This document shows, piece after piece, positions 37,016 through 46,394 of a stretch of 64,000 bases of DNA. How positions within the stretch are numbered: the first letter of the stretch is position 1; each line of letters opens with the position of its first letter. The position numbers and the translations under genes were made by a program. A model generated the notes under the pieces. That model was not told the DNA's origin, searched no databases, and saw only the letters and a list, made by a program, of their open reading frames with translations. The stretch is from contig SXUL01000036.1 of the NCBI GenBank assembly GCA_005790545.1, positions 6,534-70,533 of the forward strand. Reading direction: 5' to 3'. The stretch is from Planctomycetia bacterium (GTDB taxonomy: Bacteria > Planctomycetota > GCA-002687715).

Positions 37016-38097
37016 GGCCCCAGCTCTCTTGCCAACGACCGGATGCGCTCCGGCTCGGGGGGCTCCCGAGTGAGCGCGTCCGCAAGCCCGGCAAGCAATC
37101 GTTGCTGCCGGAGGGTGAAAGCGCAAGGCGGCAACCGATCCGCAGCCTGCCACGCGGCAAAGGGCGAGTGCTGGATCAGTGCACGCTCGAGCAGAGGGAG
37201 CCCCTCTCCCCGCATCGCCGCAAGCGGCAGCCCCCGTGCGGCACCGAGATCGCTCTTGGAGGCCAAGAGCAGCACGCGCTCGTCACCCTGCAGTTCCGAG
37301 AGCACCATGTCGGCGCGAGCGTCTGGTGCATCGAGCACGAGCAGGATGTCGGCACTCTTCCACGCAGCACGTGTCATCCCCACAGCGAGCGCTTCAACCG
37401 GATCCCCGGCTGGCCGGAGCCCGGCGGCATCGCGCAGGAGAAACGGCCACCCTCCCACTGCGATCTGCGCATCGAGGACATCGCGTGTGGTTCCTGCCTC
37501 GTCAGAAACGATGGCTGCGTCTCTCCCGGCGAGTGCATTGAACAGGGTGGATTTTCCTGCATTGGGCGCGCCGCAAAGCAACACGACACAGCCCTTGGAG
37601 AGGGCCAGACCGAGCGGCAGGCGACCGGCGGCTGCGCGGAGTCCCGCCGCCCATTCCAGCCGCTCTGGCGGCGCTCCAGCCGCGAGAGCACGAAGTTGTT
37701 CACGCAACAGGTGCAGCGCCGGCCCGCAGGCCAGTTCGAGCGTGCGCTGGGCGAATGCGCTGCGTGCGAGTGCCAGGCATTCCTCCTCGATGCTCGCGGC
37801 CACGGCCATCCGCTCGATGCCCATGACTCCGAGCAGGAGTTCAAACGCCCGGCCTACTGCCGGGGAACCATGCAAGGAAACCTCGATCCGCCCCGCGTGA
37901 TCCGGGCCGGCCAGCATCACTTCATCGAGCACGGCTCCGTCCGCCAGGATGTGGCCGAAGCGGAGCATTCCCGTTTCCGCCCTCCCCGCGCGAAAGAACT
38001 GCGGCAGCAGATCCGCGGCGCCGGACAACTCGTACACCTGCAAAGCGGAGTGCCCACGCCCTGACAGGCGGCGCCAGGCCGGGCCTTCAGACTTCAT
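37012..38097 (-). CDS. MnmE/TrmE-like GTPase paralog lacking the C-terminal FCIGK motif
   Basis: LDEVML, IEVSLHG, GAPNAGKS, AIVSDEAGTTRD, DAAGLR, SKSD; short helical domain; no FCxGK. Confidence 0.85.
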   Translation of the reverse strand: MKSEGPAWRRLSGRGHSALQVYELSGAADLLPQFFRAGRAETGMLRFGHILADGAVLDEVMLAGPDHAGRIEVSLHGSPAVGRAFELLLGVMGIERMAVAASIEEECLALARSAFAQRTLELACGPALHLLREQLRALAAGAPPERLEWAAGLRAAAGRLPLGLALSKGCVVLLCGAPNAGKSTLFNALAGRDAAIVSDEAGTTRDVLDAQIAVGGWPFLLRDAAGLRPAGDPVEALAVGMTRAAWKSADILLVLDAPDARADMVLSELQGDERVLLLASKSDLGAARGLPLAAMRGEGLPLLERALIQHSPFAAWQAADRLPPCAFTLRQQRLLAGLADALTREPPEPERIRSLARELGP

Positions 38098-38791
38098 GAG
38101 CGAACTCGAGCCCGCGCAAGACGAGCAGCGGGTCCACGCGCGCAGCATTTCCAATCAGCTCGGCGACAGCTTCCGCGTCACCCCCCGTGATCCAAAGGGA
38201 CGCTCCAGGCAGAGCTGTGCGAGCGCGCCGCAACGCCTCGTGCACAAGGCCCGCAAAGGCGCTGTCCAATCCGAGGCCAACGCAGGACGCGGATGTGCGC
38301 GCCGGAAAGTCAGCGCCTGCTTCCCCGCGCGGCAAGGCCGGAGCGGCGGACGCAAGTCCCGCAGCCAAGGCCCGCCTGCCGGGAGCAATCAGTCCTCCCC
38401 GAAAGATGCCGGATTCATCCACTGCATCGAGGGTGAGGGCCGTGCCTGCGCTCAACACGAGCACCGGCCCCGAGCTCATCCGTTGCGCAGCCTCGGCAGC
38501 AGCCACGCGGTCCATGCCCAACGTTGCGAGCGAGTCGTAGGCGAGCGTGAGACCACACTTCAGGGACTGGCCGAGCACGAAGCGTCGCGCACAACCGGCT
38601 GCGGCGGCCGCAGCGAAAATCAGATCCTCCTCCCGGCACACCACCGAGACGACACGCAACTCATCGAATCCGCGCGGGATACGCGGCGTCGCTCCTGTGT
38701 CCCAGCTGTCCTGCAGCACCGGACCTTGCGGCGCAGACACCGCGAGCTTGGTACGGGTGTTCCCGACATCGACAAGGAGCCGGCCCGCCAT
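38087..38791 (-). CDS. coaX: Type III pantothenate kinase
   Basis: LLVDVGNTRTK, LGMDR, AGTALTLD, GGLIAPG, ITGGDA, LVLRGL. Confidence 0.93.
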   Translation of the reverse strand: MAGRLLVDVGNTRTKLAVSAPQGPVLQDSWDTGATPRIPRGFDELRVVSVVCREEDLIFAAAAAAGCARRFVLGQSLKCGLTLAYDSLATLGMDRVAAAEAAQRMSSGPVLVLSAGTALTLDAVDESGIFRGGLIAPGRRALAAGLASAAPALPRGEAGADFPARTSASCVGLGLDSAFAGLVHEALRRARTALPGASLWITGGDAEAVAELIGNAARVDPLLVLRGLEFAHEV

Positions 38792-38797
38792 GGTGCT

Positions 38798-39745
38798 TCA
38801 GCGTCGGGGCACCACGACCGTGCGGGTCATGGTCACACCCTTCCTGCGAATCCGGACTTCGAAGCGCGTGGTCTGAGGATTGCTCTTGGCGTAGGCGATC
38901 ACCTCAGCCTTGGTGGACATGCGCACGCCGTTGATGGATTCGAGCACGTCCCCTTCTTCCGCACCACCGCGACGCAGCACGTTGTCCGCAGGGATCGCAT
39001 CGAGGCGCACCGCAGCCTTGCCGTCCTCGAGGGTCTCGCTCGAAAAGCGCACCCCCTCCAACGTGGTATCGCCCTTGTCGGCAAGAGCGCGCGCCCCCAT
39101 CTCCGTGATCGTGATGGTCGTCGGCTTCGCGACGTTCCATTCGATCCAAGTGGTCGTATTGGCATCGATGGGTCCGACGATCTTGGGCGCCACGGCCGTG
39201 CCCGAGCCAGCCACCACGGGAGCCGGGTCTGGTTCGAGTGCGATCTCTCGACCATCGGAAATGAAGACCACGCGCCCTGGCTCGATCTGCTTCACGACCG
39301 CACCACCGGCCCACTCCACCACATGCCCTTCGAGGTAGGGCAGCAACGGATCCGGTTGCGGGCCGACGGCCGCGCCCTTCCGTCCAAAGAAGGCGAGACT
39401 CCGGCCGCCTTCAGGCGAGTACTGGATCACAAGGACCTTCAGCACCGTTTCAACCGGAGCCTTCGGCAGCGCCACAGGCTTCGAATTGTCCTCCTTCGGT
39501 GCTGGTGGCTTCACCGGCCACAGCACCCCATCCTTGATGTTGGTGCCGTACTCCGTTCGCCGGCGTCCCAGCGCGGCATCGGGGCGAATCTTCTTCAACT
39601 GCTCCACCATGCCGTTGCGGTAGCTCGTCAGCTCGTCGCTACGGCTGCCCTTCTCCTGCACCACGGTGAAGACCGTTGCGCCGATGCCGAGAACAAGCGC
39701 CACATCGGCGCAGACAATGAACTTGTGCAATGTGGAGAGTTTCAT
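38798..39745 (-). CDS. Bitopic membrane protein with HR-like and PDZ domains (GspC-like)
   Basis: N-terminal TM; central GAVVKQIEPGRVVF resembling the GspC HR domain; C-terminal PDZ GAEEGDVLESING...IRRKG. Confidence 0.65.
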   Translation of the reverse strand: MKLSTLHKFIVCADVALVLGIGATVFTVVQEKGSRSDELTSYRNGMVEQLKKIRPDAALGRRRTEYGTNIKDGVLWPVKPPAPKEDNSKPVALPKAPVETVLKVLVIQYSPEGGRSLAFFGRKGAAVGPQPDPLLPYLEGHVVEWAGGAVVKQIEPGRVVFISDGREIALEPDPAPVVAGSGTAVAPKIVGPIDANTTTWIEWNVAKPTTITITEMGARALADKGDTTLEGVRFSSETLEDGKAAVRLDAIPADNVLRRGGAEEGDVLESINGVRMSTKAEVIAYAKSNPQTTRFEVRIRRKGVTMTRTVVVPRR

Positions 39746-39826
39746 GGCCTTGCTCGTGGAATCCTAGTGCCGGGATGGGTCGGGATCAACGGCGCGCCGA
39801 CGAGACTGGGCCGCGGCGCTTCCTGT

Positions 39827-40936
39827 TCAGGGACGGGCAGGCTGAAGGCGGCGTTCTGTGCCGCGGGAAACGCCACGCAAGGCGAGACGCAGATCGTCCG
39901 GATTGTCCGAGCCCGCGATCGCCGCCGCTTCGTCCACGAGCCCTTCATCCACAAGGCTCTTGAGGGCCATGTTGAAGGTCTGCGTTCCGTACTGAGCAGC
40001 CCCGTCCACCAGGGCATGGTCGAGGTCCCGCGTTTTTCCTTGTCGCAGCAGTTCCCGCACGCGTGGTGTCGAGAGCAGGATTTCAAGGACTGGTACGCGC
40101 CGACCTGTCTCTTTCGAGAGCACGAGACGCTGACTCAACACACCCTCGAGCACAAGTGAAAGCTGCAAGCGCACGAGGTCGTGCTGATGCGGCGGAAAGA
40201 AGGTCATGATGCGCTCGACGGTCTGGATCGCATTGACCGTGTGCAACGTGCTCAAGACGAGATGCCCGGTCTCTGCCGCGGCCAGCGCGGCCTCCATGCT
40301 TGCGGCATCGCGAATCTCGCCCAGCATGATCACGTCCGGAGCCTCGCGCAGCGCGGCCCGCAGGCCGCCCTGCCAGTCCTTCATGTCCACGCCCACTTCA
40401 CGTTGATGGACCACGGAAGGCCCGTCACGAAAACGAAACTCCACCGGATCTTCGAGCGTGACAGCATGCACCGCACGAGTCGACGTGATGGCCTCCATCA
40501 AGGATGCGAGCGTGGTCGACTTGCCCGAGCCGGTCACGCCCGTGATGAGGACGAGGCCACGCTGCAGTTGCGACAGCGCCGTGCACTGCCGCTCCGGCAG
40601 ATGCAGGGTGCGGAATGAGGGCACATGCGCCTTCACCTGACGCAGCACCATGCCCACGCCGCGACTGTGCCGGAAGGCGTTGACGCGGAGCCGTCCGGCG
40701 TCGCCGCGTTCCACGGCAAAATCGCAGTCGCCGGTAGTGCGCAGTCTCGTGAACGCATCCTTCGAGGTCAGGCTCTCGATGAGCGCAAGGAGTTCCTCCT
40801 CCGTGGGTGGCATGAGCTCGAGAAGCTGCACTTTGCCGTCCACCTTGAGGGCCGGGCGCAAGCCGGACTTCAGGATGATGTCGGCGGCATCCGCAGCGGC
40901 CGCGGCTGAGAGAACTGCTTCAAATGCAAAGGACAT
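39827..40936 (-). CDS. Second PilT/PilU-family ATPase
   Basis: GVTGSGKSTT, TLEDPVEF, LREAPDVIMLGEIRD, ETGHLVLSTLH; the AIRNLIRE motif is diverged to RVRELLRQ (PilU-like). Confidence 0.9.
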   Translation of the reverse strand: MSFAFEAVLSAAAAADAADIILKSGLRPALKVDGKVQLLELMPPTEEELLALIESLTSKDAFTRLRTTGDCDFAVERGDAGRLRVNAFRHSRGVGMVLRQVKAHVPSFRTLHLPERQCTALSQLQRGLVLITGVTGSGKSTTLASLMEAITSTRAVHAVTLEDPVEFRFRDGPSVVHQREVGVDMKDWQGGLRAALREAPDVIMLGEIRDAASMEAALAAAETGHLVLSTLHTVNAIQTVERIMTFFPPHQHDLVRLQLSLVLEGVLSQRLVLSKETGRRVPVLEILLSTPRVRELLRQGKTRDLDHALVDGAAQYGTQTFNMALKSLVDEGLVDEAAAIAGSDNPDDLRLALRGVSRGTERRLQPARP

Positions 40937-40990
40937 GGGATGCGCTGCGGCATCTATCGACCGGGGCCACGCGCCGGAAAACCGGCGTCT

Positions 40991-41995
40991 TCAAGCGTCA
41001 ATCGAGGGATGGAGCACGCGCCAGCAGGCTTCGAGCAACTCGCCAAGTCCCTCGCCTGTCAGCGCAGAGACCACGTGGCCGTGCACGCCCAGCGCCGCGT
41101 CCAGATCGGCCGCGAGTGCCAGAGCATCCGGAACCTGGTCCCGCTTGGTGTAGACCGTCAGGCGCGTGCGTTCGATGAGCCCGTGTCCAAACTGGGCCAA
41201 CTCCGCAAGAATGGTTCGCGCGCCGGCGGCCGCCATCTCAACATCACCGTCGAGAGGCAATTCGACGAGATGCAACAAGACGCGCGTGCGTTCGATGTGC
41301 CGCAGGAACCGGTCACCCAGCCCCGCGCCCGCGCTCGCCCCTTCGATGAGTCCCGGAATGTCCATCATCACGAAGCGGCGGAAGCCCGGCAGATCCACGA
41401 TGCCCGGATGAGGATGCAGCGTGGTGAACGGGTAATCCGCAATCTTCGGGGTTGCTGCTGACACGCGCGAGATGAGCGTTGACTTGCCCGCGTTCGGCAA
41501 GCCCACCAAACCCACATCCGCGATCAACTTGAGCTCGAGGCGCAGCGTCTTTTTTTCGCCGCGACGCCCCTTCTCCGCTTCCTTGGGCGTCTGATTGGTG
41601 GACGACTTGAAGGCCGTGTTGCCACGGCCCCCGCGGCCCCCGCGGGCCACCACCACGCGCGCACCGGCTGTTTCGAGATCCACAAGGACCGCACCTGATT
41701 CCTCGTCCGTGATGATCGTTCCCACAGGAACGGGAATCAGGAGGTCTTCGCCGTCCTTGCCGAAGCAATTGGCACCCATGCCGCCGACGCCGTTTTGCGC
41801 TCGAAAATGCGGGGAGCGCACAAGGTCCAAGAGCGTGCTCTCTGAAGCATCGGCGCAGAGGATCACAGCGCCGCCGTGGCCACCATTGCCGCCGGCCGGG
41901 CCGCCCTTCGGCTCGTAGATTTCGCGTCGAAACGCAACGGATCCGTCGCCGCCGTTGCCAGCCTGCACGAAGATGCGTGCCTCGTCACGGAACAT
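40991..41995 (-). CDS. obgE: GTPase ObgE/CgtA (no C-terminal extension)
   Basis: MFRDEARI, Gly-rich Obg fold, GLPNAGKST, YPFTTL, DIPGLIEGA. Confidence 0.96.
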   Translation of the reverse strand: MFRDEARIFVQAGNGGDGSVAFRREIYEPKGGPAGGNGGHGGAVILCADASESTLLDLVRSPHFRAQNGVGGMGANCFGKDGEDLLIPVPVGTIITDEESGAVLVDLETAGARVVVARGGRGGRGNTAFKSSTNQTPKEAEKGRRGEKKTLRLELKLIADVGLVGLPNAGKSTLISRVSAATPKIADYPFTTLHPHPGIVDLPGFRRFVMMDIPGLIEGASAGAGLGDRFLRHIERTRVLLHLVELPLDGDVEMAAAGARTILAELAQFGHGLIERTRLTVYTKRDQVPDALALAADLDAALGVHGHVVSALTGEGLGELLEACWRVLHPSIDA

Positions 41996-42023
41996 GAGCG
42001 GTCATTCCTCGGGCGCAGGGAGC

Positions 42024-42073
42024 AAAACGCAAGCGGGCCGGTGGACATCCGCCGAGCGGATCCTTCCGGCCCG
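42024..42073 (-). terminator. Hairpin/terminator between rpmA and obgE
   Basis: CGGGCCGG...CCGGCCCG stem followed by CTTGCGTTTT. Confidence 0.5.
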
Positions 42074-42082
42074 AAAGCAGCC

Positions 42083-42328
42083 TCAGTTGTTCGGAACGAC
42101 GGAGATGCGGTTCCTGGTACCGAAGCTCACCTTGCCGTCCTTGAGGGCGTAGATCGTGAAGTCGCGCCCCATGCCGACGTTGCGGCCGGGATGAAACACC
42201 GTGCCGCACTGGCGCACGATGATGTTGCCGGCGACAACGGCTTCGCCGCCGTACTTCTTGACACCGCGATACTGCGGATTGCTGTCGCGGCCGTTCCTGC
42301 TGGAACCCTGTCCTTTTTTGTGGGCCAT
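42083..42328 (-). CDS. rpmA: 50S ribosomal protein L27
   Basis: [16 protein letters not shown]...AGNIIVRQ. Confidence 0.97.
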   Translation of the reverse strand: MAHKKGQGSSRNGRDSNPQYRGVKKYGGEAVVAGNIIVRQCGTVFHPGRNVGMGRDFTIYALKDGKVSFGTRNRISVVPNN

Positions 42329-42338
42329 GGCGTTCCTT

Positions 42339-42653
42339 TCAGCCGGCGATGCCGGTGATCTCGATTTCCGTGTACTTCTGGCGGTGCCCCGTGCGCTTCC
42401 TGCTGTGCTTGCGCACACGATAGAAAGCCGGGTACAGCTTGACGCCGCCCACCTTGGGTGTCACCACCTTCGCCTCGACCTTGGCGCCGGCAACGAACGG
42501 CGTACCGATGCGTGCCGAGCCCTCGCCGCCCAGAAGGCAGACGTTCTCGAAAGAGAGTGTGGTTCCGGGCTCCACGTCGCGCAGATGGATGCGCAGGCGC
42601 TGGCCCTTCTCGACGCGGTACTGATGGCCGCCGTCTTTGATGATCGCGTACAT
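42339..42653 (-). CDS. rplU: 50S ribosomal protein L21
   Basis: [30 protein letters not shown]. Confidence 0.97.
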   Translation of the reverse strand: MYAIIKDGGHQYRVEKGQRLRIHLRDVEPGTTLSFENVCLLGGEGSARIGTPFVAGAKVEAKVVTPKVGGVKLYPAFYRVRKHSRKRTGHRQKYTEIEITGIAG

Positions 42654-42694
42654 GACTGTCCTCGATGCCCCAACCGGGATTCCGTGGGGCGGAG

Positions 42695-42723
42695 AAGCTA
42701 GCAGCCCCCCGCCGCGGGTTCAA
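42695..42723 (-). promoter_or_regulatory. Putative sigma70 promoter of rplU-rpmA
   Basis: TTGAAC-N17-TAGCTT with extended TG. Confidence 0.55.
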
Positions 42724-42727
42724 AGCG

Positions 42728-44218
42728 CTATTTGAGCCTCTGGATCTCGTAGTCCTCGGTCCCGAGGTCGTGATCGCCGGCAATGAGAATGGGCTTGCCG
42801 TACAGGTCTTCAAGCTTCTTGATCTTCTCGGACTTGTTCCGCCGCAGAAAATCGGCCACGCGCACATTGACGCGAACGCGCACACGCTTGGCCCGGTTGC
42901 GGAAGACGATGTCCGTGACCTCGCGCAGGATCTTCAGCCCGATGGAATCGACCGTGCGCACGAAGCCGCTGCCGCGGCAATGGGCACAAGGCAGCGCGTT
43001 GCTGCGGTGCAGGCTCGGGCGCACTCGTTGGCGCGTCATCTCCACCATGCCGAACGGACTGATGCGCGCAATCTTCATGCGCTCCTTGTGATCCTTCAGG
43101 CGGTCGCGGAGCGAGCGCTCCACCTCTCGCTTGTGACTCTCATCCTGCATGTCGATGAAGTCATTGATGATCACGCCGCCGAGATCGCGGAGCCGGAGCT
43201 GTCTCGCGATCTCCTCCACCGCTTCCATATTGGTGCGGAAGGCCGTGTCTTCGAGTTCGCCTTCCTCGCGGTTCTTGCCCGAATTCACATCAATGGCAAC
43301 CAGTGCTTCGGTCTGATCGATGACGATGGAACCGCCACTCTTGAGCGTGAGCTTGCGTGCGAAGACCTTTTCGATCTTGTCCTCGAGCCCCATGGCGTGG
43401 AACAGCGGACGACCATCGGCATAGAGCCGCACCCGCTCCTCCTGCTCCGCCATGACAGCGCGCAGGAAATCGCGCGCCTTCTTGAAAACTGGCTCGCTGT
43501 CGACAACGACTTCCTTCACATCTGGAGTGAAGACATCGCGGATGGTGCGCACCACGAGATCGCTGTCCTGATAGACGAGCGTGGGCGCACGCTCGTTGCG
43601 GACGCGCTTGATGATGGTGTTCCAGAGTTTCAGCAGGTACTGGAGGTCCTTCTCGATCTCGATCTGCGATCTGCCATAGCCGGCCGTCCGGATGATGGTG
43701 CCCATGCCGTCCGGCGGGTCGATCTCCTCGAGGATCTTCTTCAGGCGCGCACGCTCCACGGGGTCTTCGAGTTTCTTCGAGACACCCGAACGCGTGAGAC
43801 TCGGCATGAGCACGAGGTAGCGACCGGGAATGCTGAGCCAGGTTGTCAGCGTCGGCCCTTTCTTCCCGATGCCATCCTTGGTGATCTGCACCAACAGTTC
43901 CTGCCCCTTGGTCACGTACTCCTGGATGTTCCGCTTCTCTCCGCGCCGGATGCGATCCATGGGCACGTCCGGATTGTTCTGCCGGTACATGGGCAGAATG
44001 TCGCTGGCGTGGAGAAACCCGTTTCTGTCGCCGCCGAAGTCCACGAAGGCAGCACCGATGCTCGGCTCGATGTTCGTGACCACACCCTTGTAGATGTTGC
44101 CGAGAACGGTGCTCGCGGAAGCCCGCTCGATGTAGATCTCTTCGAGCACGTCATCGCACACGATGGCGATGCGGACCTCTTCCTGGTCATCCGCGTTGAT
44201 GTAGATGCTGCGTTCCAT
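42728..44218 (-). CDS. Rne/Rng-family ribonuclease (RNase G-length)
   Basis: GNIYKG, AAFVD, KGPTLT, IDQTEALVAIDVNSG, RLRDLGG, EMTRQR, CAHCRGSG. Start trimmed to MERSIY (SD GGAGG). Confidence 0.94.
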   Translation of the reverse strand: MERSIYINADDQEEVRIAIVCDDVLEEIYIERASASTVLGNIYKGVVTNIEPSIGAAFVDFGGDRNGFLHASDILPMYRQNNPDVPMDRIRRGEKRNIQEYVTKGQELLVQITKDGIGKKGPTLTTWLSIPGRYLVLMPSLTRSGVSKKLEDPVERARLKKILEEIDPPDGMGTIIRTAGYGRSQIEIEKDLQYLLKLWNTIIKRVRNERAPTLVYQDSDLVVRTIRDVFTPDVKEVVVDSEPVFKKARDFLRAVMAEQEERVRLYADGRPLFHAMGLEDKIEKVFARKLTLKSGGSIVIDQTEALVAIDVNSGKNREEGELEDTAFRTNMEAVEEIARQLRLRDLGGVIINDFIDMQDESHKREVERSLRDRLKDHKERMKIARISPFGMVEMTRQRVRPSLHRSNALPCAHCRGSGFVRTVDSIGLKILREVTDIVFRNRAKRVRVRVNVRVADFLRRNKSEKIKKLEDLYGKPILIAGDHDLGTEDYEIQRLK

Positions 44219-44645
44219 CCTGCCTCCCCCTCGGGAAGGGTGATGGCGGACCATCACCGCCAGTGGAGGGAATCGAGCCGGAACCCGGGAGGAACGGTCA
44301 GCGGAGAGTCGATGGCAGCGTGCCGACGGAGGCTCGTTCAGAGCCCCGCTTGCGGATGTGTCGGGCGGTCGCCATGGGAACTGTTCCTTGCAGACATCCG
44401 CGCGCGGCGTTCACCGCACGCGTCGTTTCCTCGAGTCCCGGTCCCGGATTCCGCAGTGCACTCGCGGGTTCTCCACCCGGCACACGCGGCCCTCGACCAG
44501 CACGTTGTTCAATCGCCCCGCACGGCCCTACGGGGATGAACCCCAAGGCCCCGCGTCGCCGGGCCGGCAACGCGGCAAGAGGAGCCCCAAGCTCCTCTCA
44601 CGAGCGTGCCTCTTGTACCCCTGCGGCCGCGTGGCGGCAAGCGCA

Positions 44646-46394
44646 CTAGCGCCCGACGGGCTCGGTCTTGGCCTCGGATTCCGGGGCGGATGGACCTTCC
44701 GGCGCACCAAGAGCGCGCTCCATTTCCCGCTGAATGGCCTCCTCGCGCTTCCTCTGCTCCGCGTCGAGGAACTGCGCCGTGTCCGAGCGATCCCGGAGAA
44801 TGCGCGGCGTGATGAAGATGAGCAGACTTTCTTTCACCTTGCTCTTCTTCGTGGACTTGAAGAGCTCTCCCAGCAACGGGATGTCGCCAAGCAGCGGCAC
44901 CTTGCGGACCTGGTCCGATTCGTTCTCCGAGATGAGCCCGCCGATCACGGCAGTCACGCCGGATTCAAGCAACAGCGTTGTGACCAGTGTGCTCGACGCC
45001 ACCTGAGGCAGCGCGATGCTCACCTGATCCGCGCCAGTGCCGCTCGTGAAGACCTGGAAGCCGGGAAGTTCCGTGGAGTTGCCCACGAGCTGTTCGGCTT
45101 CGGGGATCACGGTCATCATGACCTTGTCCGTGCCGGGAATCACATGCGGCACGAGATAGAGCTGGAAGCCGGTCTGCACGGGAGAGTTCGTGGCCTCCTT
45201 GATGGAGTACTTGAGTCCTCCGCTCTGGCTCGACTCGGCTACGGTCTCCGCGAACCTCACCGTGCGGCCGACGAAGATCGTGGCCTCCTGATTGTCGAGT
45301 GCGAGCAGCTTCGGCGCCTGCACGATGCGCGACCCCTGATCCTCCTTGAGCAGGTTCAGCGTGAGCGCCATCTGCGTGAAGTCGAGCGTGCCATATTGCG
45401 TGGCGGCCGCTGGAGGTGTGCTGCCGGGCAGATTGCCGTTCCCGAGGAAGAATGGCAGACGGGTGGGAAGTGAACCGCCGCTGACGCTGGCCGACAGCCC
45501 GTTCGATCCGATATCGATGCCGTAACTGAACGCGTCCAGATTCGTCGTCGTGATGAACTTCACGTCGATGTAGACCTGCGCGGGCTCCACATCCATGCGC
45601 GCGAGCATCCGCTCCACCTCGTCCACCACTGGCGGGATGTCCTTCACAACGACCACGTTGTTGCTGGAGAAGTACTCGATCTTTCCGGCCGCAGTGAGCG
45701 CACTGCGCAGCGCACGCAGAAGGTCGAAGTTCTCTGCCGGAGACCCCGAGGGCGCCGCCTTGGATGCCTTCTCGGCGTACTCACTCTTGATTTGTGGAGC
45801 GTAGGGCGGCGGCGGACGGAGGTAGCGCACCGGCATCACGCGAGTGACGAGCTGCGCTTCAAGGGCGCTCGGTCGCACAACGCGGAGAATGCCGTGAGCT
45901 TCATCCACCACCACGAAGCCGAGCGAGCGGGCCACCGTGTCGAGAGCCGTGCGCCAGGGAACGTCCTTCAGGCGCAGCCAGACACTGCCTTCAACGTCCG
46001 GTGCGGAGACGATGCTCGTGCCGGAGACACGCGCGATGCTGTCGATGACAGACTTGATCTCGGCACCCGCAAACTCGAAGGTCACGCGCGGCGGACGTTC
46101 GACGAGCGTCACCGCTCCGCGTTGCGAAACGACACAACTGTTCTGTTCCGCGGCGAGGTCCAGCACCGTGCGCCAAGGAGCATCACTGAGCTTGAGAGTC
46201 ACGGTGCCGTCAACTCCGGGAGCAATCAGGATGTTGGCTCCGGAGCGGTCGCGCAGTTCCTGCACGAAGGCTGCGAGAGGCTGGGCATTCGCATTCACAC
46301 TGACGAGCGCGGCCTCCTGAGGCACCTGGGCCGCGAGTGGCAAGAGCACAGCGAGAACAAGAACGAGTCCGATGGGCTTGCGCAACATGTTCAC
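44646..46394 (-). CDS. Outer-membrane secretin (PilQ/GspD family)
   Basis: Signal peptide, two STN/N0 domains, QVYIDVKF, APKLLALDNQEA, VIGGLI, KVPLLGDIPLLGELFK, LLIFITPRIL. Confidence 0.92.
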   Translation of the reverse strand: MNMLRKPIGLVLVLAVLLPLAAQVPQEAALVSVNANAQPLAAFVQELRDRSGANILIAPGVDGTVTLKLSDAPWRTVLDLAAEQNSCVVSQRGAVTLVERPPRVTFEFAGAEIKSVIDSIARVSGTSIVSAPDVEGSVWLRLKDVPWRTALDTVARSLGFVVVDEAHGILRVVRPSALEAQLVTRVMPVRYLRPPPPYAPQIKSEYAEKASKAAPSGSPAENFDLLRALRSALTAAGKIEYFSSNNVVVVKDIPPVVDEVERMLARMDVEPAQVYIDVKFITTTNLDAFSYGIDIGSNGLSASVSGGSLPTRLPFFLGNGNLPGSTPPAAATQYGTLDFTQMALTLNLLKEDQGSRIVQAPKLLALDNQEATIFVGRTVRFAETVAESSQSGGLKYSIKEATNSPVQTGFQLYLVPHVIPGTDKVMMTVIPEAEQLVGNSTELPGFQVFTSGTGADQVSIALPQVASSTLVTTLLLESGVTAVIGGLISENESDQVRKVPLLGDIPLLGELFKSTKKSKVKESLLIFITPRILRDRSDTAQFLDAEQRKREEAIQREMERALGAPEGPSAPESEAKTEPVGR

